Positions 26,263-37,200 of a DNA stretch of 64,000 nucleotides are shown here, in pieces (position 1 is the first letter of the stretch; each line of letters begins with the position of its first letter). This stretch comes from Azolla caroliniana (Eukaryota; Plantae; Polypodiophyta). The stretch covers positions 15,438,001 through 15,502,000 of the forward strand of contig JBHGNT010000001.1 in assembly GCA_043228905.1 (NCBI GenBank). The letters run 5' to 3'. The notes under the pieces were generated by a model. It was not told the origin of the DNA, searched no databases, and saw only the letters and a program-made list of their open reading frames with translations. The position numbers and the translations under genes were made by a program.

Positions 26263-29200
26263 TTACGGGATAGTCTTTGTCAGTATCGGTGTCGGTTCTT
26301 CCTCGGTCCGAATATCTTCAGCAGCGTCTGTCGGTGTCGGTTCCTCATCTTGCCGGATTTCCGGGTTTTTCTTGAACGGGTTGGCTGGCATATTTCCCTT
26401 ATACGGCTTTAGCCGAAATCCATTTGCCCACTTGCCGATGACATCTCCAGACAACGTGTCGAGCTGATACGAGCCATTGTACTCCTTGGTGATCCAGAAC
26501 GGTCCGGTCCATTGAAACCGCAACTTTCTCGGCATGTTCCCCATCCGTGTCTGGAATAGTAGCACCGGTTTCCCGACTTCGAACTCCTTTTCATTGCCAC
26601 GCCGGTGTCGGTCCACGAAAGCTTTTCTCCTCCTTTGCTCCAGTTCGAGTTGTAGTAAGCTGGCTATTCGGTTTTCTTCTAATTCCAACAACGTCGCCAG
26701 CCGGATTCATTCAGACTCGTTCTCACTTAAGCGCTCCTTCACCTGAATCCGTAAGCTTGGGATCTGGAACTCTATCGGCATGACCGCTTCTAACCCGAAT
26801 GCTAGTCGGAACGGGGTTGTCCGGATGCTGGTTTTGTACGTTGTTCGGTACGCCCATAACGCGCTTTGCAATTTTGTATCCCAGTCGGTCCGGTTCTCGT
26901 TGACGATTTTTCGTAGGATGTTCTGCAAAGTTTTGTTCGTTGATTCCGCTAGTCCATTGGCTTGAGGGTAGTAGGGAGTACTCTTTTTATGTACCACCGC
27001 GTAAAATGACGTCAGGCTTTCTACTACCTGCCCGAGAAAATGTCCTCCTTGGTCACTTATAAGCTCGATCGGGCATACATACCGGCACCATATGCACTCG
27101 TACAGAAACTTTGCCGTGGACGCGGCCGTGTTGTCCCGTAAGGCCTTTTGCTTCTACCCATTTGGTGCAATAGTCGGTCGCCACTATGACATACCGATTT
27201 CCGGTTCGCATTGCCGGTGGTTTGAAGGGACCGACAAAGTCCAACCCCCACTTTTGAAACGGTTCTAAGGGCAAGACCGGGTGGTGTGGCATACGGGCCT
27301 GCTCTGTGGGTTGGCCCAGTCGTTGACACAAATCGCATTCTCTGCTATACTTCACGGCATCTTTTAGGGTGGTTGGCCACCACAGTCCGCTCTGCCATAT
27401 TTTCCGAGCGGTTGCGTCGCCGGCATAATGCCCGCCGGCAATTCCACAGTGGGCTTCCCTGAGGATTAGATCCTTCTCATCGCTCCGCACTGCTCGTCTC
27501 CAGATGCCATCTGCTCCCTTGTGATAGAGGGTGTCTCCAACCAAGCAGAAATGTCTACTTCTTACTGCTACCCTTTTCCTTTCATCGCGGTCCATGTTCT
27601 CCGGGGGAACTCCGGTGCTCAGGAACTGATGCATCTCAGTTAGCCATGTGTCTTCATCGGCTACCGTTGTATCCGTTGCCGGTTTCTTCATGATCCGGAA
27701 CAATTCGGCGTCGGGAAACTCATCCTGGACGCCGTCCCCTGCTTCTCCGGATTCGAGTCTGCTTAGGTAGTCCGCTACCGCATGCTGCGCCCCGGGTTGG
27801 TGGAAAATGTCGAATTCAAATTCCTGTAGCAGCAGTGTCCACCGTGCAATTTTTCCCATCAGGGATGCCTTCGAGACCAGGTAGAGTAGTGCCGAATGGT
27901 CGACATGGAAGGAAAACTTCCTTCCGAGCAGATAGTGCCTGTACTTTGTGACACTATACACCATTCCCAATGCCTCGCGTTCCGTCGTAGAGTAATTCCG
28001 TTCGGCTTTTGAGAGTTTCCGGCTTGCGTAGTACACCGGGCGGTACCATTTCGGCTCCGTGAGTTGCATCAGAACGCTGCCGATTGCTACGTCCGATGCG
28101 TCGACGAAGACGTGAAAGCTTTTACTCCAATCCGGCGGTTGCACCACTGGAGCTTGCGACAACATAACCTTCAACGCTTTGTAGGATTCCTCCTCCGTCT
28201 CCGCCCATAGGAAGGGTACCCTATGTACGGCGGTATGTAACGGTGTAGCGAAGTTTGCGAGGTGCCGTATCATCCGGCTATGCCACCTTATTTGGCCCAG
28301 GAACCGGCTTAAAGCCTTTGCGTTACTTGGTGCTGGTGCCTCGAGAATCGCCTTGACTTTATCCGGATCTACCGCGATTCCTTCCTTACTCACCACGTGC
28401 CCTAGCAAGTTGCCGCTTGCCACTCCAAAGACGCACTTGGCCGGATTCAGGCTCAATCGGTACTCGCGGCACTTCTCCAAGCACAGCCGGAGGTGATCGA
28501 GATGTTCTCTGTGCTGGCTGTAGACCGCGAAATCGTCAAGGAAGACCTGCATAAAACCGGGGATATATTCCCCGAAAATTTCCATTATTATCCTTTGAAA
28601 GGTCCCTGGAGCCATCTTTAGTCCGAACATCATCACGACCGCGACGAACACTCCCCATTCCGTCACGAACGCTGTCTTCTCTTGGTCGGCCGGGTTCATT
28701 CGTATTTGGTTGTAGCCGCTAAATCCATCCAGGAAGCTGTAAACTTCGTGGCCGGCTACCGCATCTAACACCCCGTCCGTAAATGGTAGTGGAAACGCAT
28801 CGGTCACTGTTGCGGCATTTAGTTTTCGGTAGTCCACGCATACCCGGATTTTTCCGTTCTTTTTCGGGACCACCACTATCGGACTCAGCCAGGTTGCCTG
28901 CTTGACCGGTCGGATAAATCCGGCCCGGAGGAGCTTATCAATTTCCTCCTTCACCTTTGCCGCATAATTCGGATTCATCCGGTACCTGCGTTGAGCGATC
29001 GGTTTCGCGTCCGGACTTAGGTGAATTTGGTGCTGATAGAGCTGGGGGTCCAGCCCTCGCATGTCTTCGTACGACCACGCGAACACATCCTTGAAGTCTG
29101 TTAATAATGCTACCATTGCCTTCTTTTCTTCCTTCGGCAATTCCTTTGCAACATTTACCGGTCGGGGCTTGTCTGTTGTGCCGAGGTCCACCTCCTCGAG

Positions 29201-32200
29201 TTGGGATGCTTTTACCCTCTGGGATATCGTCATTTCCCTCTCTAGGGATTCCTGCGCTTGTCGCAGTTCCCGGATCGCCGCTTGGTCCGGTTCATCCGGC
29301 GTCGTAATGTACGGTTCTACTGCCGCCGTGATATCCACCTCAAATAGTGGGACGATTCGTGGGTGTTCCTCGAGGTACCGCTCGACTTCCTAGTCCGGTA
29401 ATCCCTCCAACATGTTAATGCTTTCCGCATATAATGGAGTTGCTTCCTTACTGGTGATCACCTGTGGTTGCGTCGTTACTCGTACCTTTGTTTTCCCTCG
29501 CCGGAATGTGATCATGTTCTTTTGCCAGTTCTGCTTGATATGCGCCGTTCGCAGCCATGGTCTGCCTAGCAGTAGGGGGTACGCGCCTTGTACATTCAGC
29601 TGCAGCACCACGGCCGATATCCGGAATACGTGGCCTCCGATCGTTACTTCCAAATCCCGGATAAGCCCGGTCGGTCGGACTGAGCTAGTATCCGCCATGC
29701 GTAACCAGAAGGGGCATGGTTCCCATTCCCGGATGCCCAGGTCGTTGCATGTCTGTTGGCTGATGACATTTACCCCGGAGCCTCCGTCAATAATCGTTCC
29801 AGCAATTTCCTTTCCTTTCACGATTGCCGTGATCGCCGGGCTACTTGTATCGACCACCGCTGGTCCTTCCTCCGGATTGGAGAAGAATGCCGGTGCTGGC
29901 GTCGGCTTCGGTTTGCTGACGGATGCCTGTAGGTCTGCCGTAAATCGTGGCACTAACTGTAGTAGTCGTGCTAACGGCAGCACGATTTGACAGTCCTGTA
30001 GCGCTTGCCACGTCGGGTTTTCTCCTGGCTGTATGATTTCTTCGTCTTTTGGCATATTTTGGTCTCTTACTTCTGCCGCATTCTGTTCATTGGCCTCCTT
30101 GATCCATTGTGCCACTTGTTTTCTGATTGCCTCCTGGGCTTCCCACTCGGCGGTCTTTCCCTTTGACCGGGTTGTGACCTGCTGTACTTTTGTTATTTCG
30201 GCTGTAACCATGTTGACTTCCGGCTACTTGTCATTGGTTTTGCTTGGGCATTGGTTACTATAGTGGCCTTCCTTACGGCAGTAATAACAGTACACCTTGT
30301 GACTGTTGCTCGTTTCTCCTTTGTCCCCGGTTTGGAGGGTGGGTATGCTCCGGCGGTCGTCTTCGGTTTTTCGGTTATCCAGTACCGATACCGGGTTGTC
30401 ATTCCTTGCTGCCTCCCGACGTTCCTCTCTTCGGAAAAATCCACGATTCTGATTCCGTCGGAAATTTCGGTTCCCTTGTCGCCTCTCTTCTCTGCGTCGG
30501 TCGTATTCCGGGGATTCGTCTCGGTCGTACCGGTCCCGGGGGTAGCTATCTCTGCGTCTCTCCTCTCGGTCATAGTTGTCGCATCTTCTATCAGCGTATC
30601 CTTGTTGCCTCTCCTCTCTGCGTCGGTCGTATTCCGGGGATTCGTCTCTGTCGTACCGGTCCCGGGGGTAGCTATCTCGGCGTCTCTCCTCTCGGTCATA
30701 GTTGTCGCGTCTTCTATCAGCGTATCTGTTACCGCGTTCGCGTTGGTAGCGGTCGTCTCTCCGGAATCGATCCTCGTCCGGGTTCTGATTGCGCGGTTCT
30801 ATGTGTCGAACCGGTGCTGCCTGCCGATTTAACAGGTTATATTCGCATCGGTCCGTTGTATGGGCTCGAGAGTTGCAGATCACACATTGTGTCCGCAGGG
30901 TGCAGTCTACTGTTGAGTGCCCCGAATTTAGGCATGTTGTACATTGTAAGGCCTGTCGGAACCTCAGGTCTTCCTCCTTTGGGAGTGCCTGGTGTAACAT
31001 CCCCATCGACAAGAAGGGGCTAGTCTTGTCCATTTCTAAAACCCGATCAATAACTTGGTCCATTGTGCTGGTTTGGAAATCAAGGACTCCGCACATTGTT
31101 CGAAGTGGCTCTTTCAGTGCGGCCAAAAAGACTGCTTTGGCTTCGTCTTCGGGTGGTGCTCTTGTCAGTTGGCTGTGCAGGGTCTGAAACCGAATGATGA
31201 ATTGTGGCACAGTCTCGTTTTCTTCCTGCCGGGTGGTGTAGAACTGCCCGACCAATTCCCTTTGCTCAAATTGTCTGTGAAAAAGCCTGAGGAATCTGGC
31301 CTTCAAGGCATCGAATGTGGCAAAGCTGCCCGGTAAGTGCTTTGCGTGCCATTGGGCCGCCGGTCCTTCTAAGGTTATGCCGAATTCGGCGACTTTGGAT
31401 CGTTCGGCTTCGGGTTCCGTCAGTCTTTGGGAGATATGGTTGGCTTCCCATGTTTGGAGGAATGCGTACACGTGTGCCTCTGTGTCGGCCTCATCCCGGT
31501 ACTTTGGGTATGGGTACGGCATCGTGTCGTCCAACTGACTCTCCTGTTTCCTCCGCTCTCTGTCCGCTGTTGGCTTTGGTGTGAGAACCTTTGGTTCCTC
31601 CGCGGGTGTTGCCGGTGTCCGGTCCGTTGGTTCCTCTGCGGGTGTTGTCGGTATCCGCTCCTTCGGTTCCTTCGCGGTTGTTGTCGGTATCCGGTCAGCC
31701 TTCCTCGGCGATTGCCGGTCACCGAATTCCAGGGTTATTTCTTCCTCTGGCACCGGTGTTACTGAGTCTTCCGACCCCTCGTCCTCCCGGTCGTTTGGTG
31801 TGTCGTGGCTGCTTTTATACCGGGACGCAACGCTTCCGTCGCTTTCCGACTCCACCTCAAGTGTTGCGAATGCTTCCGAGTCCCCGTTGCCCGCGGCGAG
31901 CGTCTGCAGTATCGTTTCCGCCTCTTCCAGGCTTGTTATGCTACTGCCTTCGTCGGGGATTTGCAGAACCCGGAACTGCAGTGCTTCTTCTGCGACTCTC
32001 CGAAGAGTTTTGGAGAATGACCGATCCCGTCGGATCTCGTCCACGGCTTGCTGCAGGGCTTCCCGTCGTTGCTCGCGTTCGGTGTATTGTCTCCCTCGTT
32101 CGGTGATGTGGTCGTCGTTTGGTCTAGACATCCATCCCCCAGTTGTCCTCTGCACTTTGCAGGAATCGTGGTCGCCAAAATAGTGTTGGATGTCTGGCCG

Positions 32201-32215
32201 GACTAGCCTCAACAC
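26263..32215 (-). pseudogene. Element C gag-pol
   Basis: Gag with zinc knuckles (CYYCRKEGHYSNQC), protease IIDGGSG, RT FLDDF, RNaseH DASDVAIG, integrase [28 protein letters not shown]. Several stops and frameshifts; no chromodomain. Confidence 0.92.
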
Positions 32216-34220
32216 AGGTGTCTATTCGACACTTCTCCAAAGGGGTGGTAAGGGTTGGATGCTAGGTTACACGCGTAAGATGATTACAATTAAGCACAGA
32301 AGGTAAACAATACGAGATACAGATAAACACGCAATAATTACTATTGTATTACTTCCCTCAAAACCCTTTACAAATCATCGGATCCTTTTATAGGCATCCG
32401 ACAAGGTTGCAATCGGTGCGCTTAGGCAACCGACATCCGAATCGGTCCGGATCCGGATCGGTACAACTGTACCGGATCCATCCCTCCGAATAATAATTCT
32501 GCTATTATTTACTTCCTATTATCTGATCCGATTCCGCCTTCCCACTTGTCCTTGCTCTTCTGACCGGCCAACAAATTGATGAAGAAGCAGGGGAGCTGGT
32601 GGACCTGGAAGATGTAGCACAGTTTGACCATACATCAGATTCGGGAGAGCTTGGAGATGACACGAATGAAAACAGTCTAGAATAATCAGCGCCAGAGGAG
32701 CTTGCTCTGCCTGATTTGCTTATAGATTGATGTAGATGGTGTAATGTAAAAATTGAGGATTTTGAGGCATAATGTTCACCATCACTTCATATTATATTTG
32801 TATATGAGAACATTTGTAATTGTTTATCATTTAATTAAATACACCTGTTCATAATTTCCCTTTTTAATCATTATTGGAACCGTAGTTTGTATTTACATAT
32901 AATTGGTCACCATGCTCTTCTTCAGTTTGAGATATTAACATGATATTGTAATTTCTCATTTCCGTTAGCATGACTGTATATGAAAAGGCGAATGTTTTTG
33001 ATAATAAGAGGTTTTTAGTTACCTACGGTTCAAGTCTACTGGTTCCACATAGTATAAATGAATGTCGTACGTAGTTGTTACTCTTACCAATTACATTGTC
33101 ATGAACTATATGACATTATACAATGAAACTATCGATATACCCGTCCAACAAGTGGGGTACTACTTTATTCCTAAACCCAAAACCACATATTTATAATTAC
33201 GGTTTATGTAGTTTTACTCTACAATTTGAATATGGATACCAATTTTAGAACTTTATATTGAACCAAGTCTTCAATTGTGCTCCATGATATGCAAATTGAC
33301 ACGAATGTGGACACATATACAATTTAGTAATTGCTAGGTTTTTTTTGTTCTATATTTAACCATCAAGTCACAAAAGGGGTACGCATGCATCGTATATTTT
33401 CGATATCGGGCTAAAATAGGGTACTTTTCTACATCTGGCCAACTATGCCAAAAGAGAATACGACATATTACCTGTTTCAAATGACCCGGTGTTATAAGAA
33501 TATTAATACAATGGTTAAGGATTTGACATGTGTACAACAAGGTCGTGGGTTCAAATCCTTTTGTGTCATGATCCTTTCGATGCATGATGTGACTGTTATC
33601 ATGACAATACTAGGCTTCCGGTTACTGGTTGGATCCGGCTAACCGGCTCCCCAGCTCACTGGTTCGGTTGCTCACAGCTTACCGATCCGTCTCGCTTGGC
33701 GGCTCAGGCTTATTCAGCCGATCTGGCTCCAGTTGAGCTTGCCACTCAACACTCCCCCTCAAGCTCAACATGAGGTTGGCTCTTAGTGTCAGTCTCTGTG
33801 GCAGCCGGTTCTTCCAACCGACCTCTCCTGGCATTGCTTCGCCTTGCTCACGCTCCTCCTCCGGTCCGGTTCTGTCGCGACCCTTCTTGTTCTGCGCGCC
33901 TCGACCTTCTTGGTCGGTATGTCTGCTCAATAGGCCCCTCTCAGCTCCTTCGCTGTTATGACTCCGGCGCTTATCGATCCGTCAGTTTCTCCGCGATGGC
34001 ATCGACTTCCGCTGCATCCGTGTCTGATTGGCCTTGAATTGATCAGGTTCTTCCGAATCTGTCTTTTGAACCGAATCGACTGTCTCCGATTCGTTCCAGC
34101 TCATGTCTGAATCGGTTGCTCCCGATTCGTCTTCTGATTTCAAGCCCTTCACCACATCGAACCGTGTTCGGGTCTTGGCCTTCTTCCCTTGGTCGGCTCT
34201 GTCCTTCTTGACTCTGCCGC

Positions 34221-37200
34221 TATCAGGAATAGTACTAAAGTAGAGATGGAATTAGTACTAAGAAGAGTAGTACTATTAGTACTAAGAGGAGAGAGAGAGA
34301 GATAGCGAGGATTAGAGAGAGAGAGAAAGATGATGACAACAATTAATATATTATGTGAAAAGATAAGTACAAAGCGGCTGAGAGGCTTAAGACTGGCGTT
34401 GAACCAATTTGGTTCAACATAATGCCTAGTGCCTTCTTTTATAGTGTTGTCATGAGTAATCCCGAAACTTCTAGAATGTTCCAGAGAAATCTGGAATATA
34501 CATTACTTTCTTATAATAAAATTTAAATGAAAATAATATCCTATGAATTACAATAGATGGTGTGATGGTTAAGAGCTCGACCCATATACCATAAGGTCAT
34601 GGGTTCGAGTCTTGCCATATCATGACACTATCTCCCCCTTAAAGACGACGAGTGGAACGTGTCGGCGTTGATTGCGGACCGGGTTTGTCCAGATACTTTC
34701 GGTGGAATTCAGCAAACAGATTCTGAGCATCGACAACATGCTCGACGGGTTCCCAAGTGTGTTCACTCGGACTATAACCAACCCAATCGACCAAATAATA
34801 AAGTTTGTTGCGAATAAGTTTGGAATCGAGGATGGCAGCAACTTCATACTCCGGGCCGGCATCCAACTCCGGCGGGGGCATCATTAACCTTACCCGTAAT
34901 ACGAAAAGGACCGAGTCGTCGATAATCCAACTTGTCACACGGTCGAGTAGTCTTGATGTGACGACGTAAGTGCCATACTCGGTCTCTGATGGCAAAAGAG
35001 GAGGGAAGCCGATCACGATCCACATAAGTCTTCTGTGTCTGTTGAGCATGACGAAGATGAGTTGAGAGATCTGTCTGGATCTTGCATAGTCTCTCCAAAT
35101 GATCCCCGTCACGAGGATTGGTAGGTAGCTCCGGGGTGTCGATCACCGACCAACGAGGATGAGAACCGGTATAAGCGTAGAATGGGGAGACTCGAGTCGA
35201 GTGAACAACATTATTATACGCAAACTACGCAAAGTGGAGAATCTCAACCCAATCGTCCTGTTGATAACTCAGGAAACAACGGAGATATTGCTCCAGCGTT
35301 TGGTTTGTTCGTTCTGCCTGCCCATCGGTCTAAGGATGGTAGCCGGAGGAGAGGTTGCAAGAGACCTTGAGCATCTTGAAGAGATGCTACCAAAATTTGG
35401 AGACAAATTGCGGTCCTCGGTCACTGATGATACTGTCTAGGAGGCCATGATGCTGAAATACCTCACGCAAGACTAGGGCGGCGATTTCCTCTCTAGTGAT
35501 GGCCTTAGTACAGGGAACAAAATGTGCCATCTTCGTATATCGATCGACAACGGTTAAGATAGCATCGAACCCCTGCGAGACCGGCAGATCTGTGATAAAA
35601 TCAAGACAAATAGACTGCCACGGCTTACTTGGAATCGGTAAGGGTTCCAACAAGCCATATGGATGGTGTCGTGGCATCTTTGCTCGGCAGCAAGCATCAC
35701 AGGTCCGCACGTAGTCGTCGACAAAACGGCGCATGTGGGGCCACCAAAAAGATCGCTGCACTAGCTCCAACATCTTAGTACTCCCGAAATGTCCCGCCGT
35801 ATGGGTGTCGTGACAATGCTGGACGATTTGAAGGCGACAGGAGCAATCGGGGACATATACCCACTTTTTAAAGAATAACAAACCATCATGATATTCGAAT
35901 TGTCGGTAGTCAATACCTGGTTGTTGAGACTGAGAACAGGATGCCCGAGAAGTATCAATGTGCGCCAGGATGTCTTGAGCAAAACTATCCGTCTTCAAGT
36001 TTGCACGTATGTCATCGGTAATCCGTGAATCCATCGGGGTGTGAAAAATCCACGTCGTGTGCAATCGTGTCGGTCCCAAGATTACTTGCTTTTCCTTGCT
36101 GCTTTCCCGATCGATATGAACGCCGTGATAGTGCATCTGCTTTTCCTTGCTGCTTCCCTAGTCAATATGTGATTTTGAAGTCGAAACGCGTGAGGAATTG
36201 CGCCCACCGAGCTTGCCGTCGATTTAGTACGCGGGCGTTCTGGAAATAAGAAAGATTTTTATGATCACTAAAGACAAGGACCTGATGTGGAGAGCCCTCT
36301 AAGAAATGCTGTCATTGCACAAATGAATCCACGATGGCTAATAACTCCTTGTCATGTATTTCGTAGTTGATTTCCGCAACATCGAATGTGCGCGAATGGA
36401 AAGCCACCGGATGCAACTCTTCTTTACCTCGTTGAGAAAGGATGCTACCGAGGGCGAAATCTGAAGCATCGGCCTCCATGATGAATGGTTTGCTAGTATC
36501 CACATGAGCTAGAATCGGTGCTGATGTAAAGGTTTTCTTAAGATGCCGAAAAGCCATATTTGCTTCAATGGACCAAAGAAATGCTTGGCCCTTCTTCGTA
36601 AGTTGTGTGAGGGGTAAGATAATCTTTGAGTAATCCTGTATAAACTTACGATAGAAGTTAGCAAAACCTAGAAAACATTGTACATCTCGTATCGACCGTG
36701 GAATTTGCCACTCTAGTACAGTTTGGACTTTAGCTGGATCCATGGCGATGCCCTTTGAGGAGATGACGTAGCCTAGAAATTCCACTTGCTTGCAGTCAAA
36801 GCTACATTTTTCTAGCTTGGCATAAAGACCATTCTCGCGGAGTCGCTTTAGTACTAATAGTACATGAGAATCGTGCTCTTGCTGGGTCTTCGAATAAATC
36901 AATAGATCATCAAGATAGATGATCAAACAGATATCCAAGAGGTCTCTGAATATATCATTTGCCATGTGTTGGAAGACTGCGGGTGCATTGGTTAGGCCGA
37001 ACGGCATAACAGTATACTCGAAATGCCCATACCGCGTGCGAAAGGCGGTCTTCCATTCATCTCCCGGTCGGATCCGCACGAGGTTATACGCTCCTCGTAG
37101 ATCGATTTTGGTAAAAAACTTGGCACCATTAACTCGCTCTAAAAGACTTGATATAAGAGGAAGTGCATACCTATTCCGGATGGTGACCTTATTCAATCCG

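Larger units (their letters stand above)
22431..32573 (-). mobile_element. Ty3/Gypsy non-chromovirus element C with an extra 3' ORF; LTRs 22431-22820 and 32184-32573
   Basis: 390-bp TG...CA LTRs with about 6 differences; TSD aattg (22426-22430 / 32574-32578); PBS tggcgaccac on the minus strand; inserted in the last exon of the MTase gene. Confidence 0.95.
18997..32730 (+). pseudogene. ParB/Srx-like domain + beta-class N6-adenine/N4-cytosine DNA methyltransferase fusion; predicted exons 18997-19022, 19372-21010, 21093-21231, 21300-21763, 21853-22142, 22233-22430 + 32579-32730
   Basis: All five GT-AG introns preserve frame. ParB-like pattern LPITSIQ..IRE..VQSLKSKM..VPFLVMV..YYVIGGSHSAEA..LTHEEAKLLAWDHN. 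MTase motifs LLIADIPYG (motif IV), WIK, NPYQKPQRLINRLIELFSNPDDWVLDLFSSTGTT-ACALKMFRNCVAL(*)KD (motifs X-I-II). Premature stops at 20402, ~20633, ~20798, 22283 and ~32682, one frameshift and a Gypsy insertion. Confidence 0.85.
15717..33493. mobile_element. Cut-and-paste TIR DNA transposon, Sola-like, ~7.6 kb without nested Gypsy C, carrying a ParB-DNA methyltransferase gene
   Basis: 33-bp TIRs aacac(t/c)gggtcatttgaaacaggtaatatgtcg at 15717-15749 and 33461-33493 (1 mismatch). 4-bp TSD ataa (15713-15716 / 33494-33497). The empty site is visible in the other LTR of B (catataagaat, ~10406-10416). Confidence 0.93.
10065..33606 (-). mobile_element. Ty3/Gypsy chromovirus B (Tcn1-like); 3' LTR 10065-10521, 5' LTR 15369-15716 + 33498-33606
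   Basis: 457-bp LTRs TGTCA...TGACA with about 4 differences by eye; TSD atact (10060-10064 / 33607-33611); PPT next to 10521; inserted in the Copia A 3' LTR. Confidence 0.95.

Noticed and set aside
22841-32183. Many long + strand ORFs (e.g. 24759-25610, 30244-31023, 31581-32183)
   Set aside because: Antisense shadows of GC-rich Gypsy C coding sequence with no recognisable motifs.
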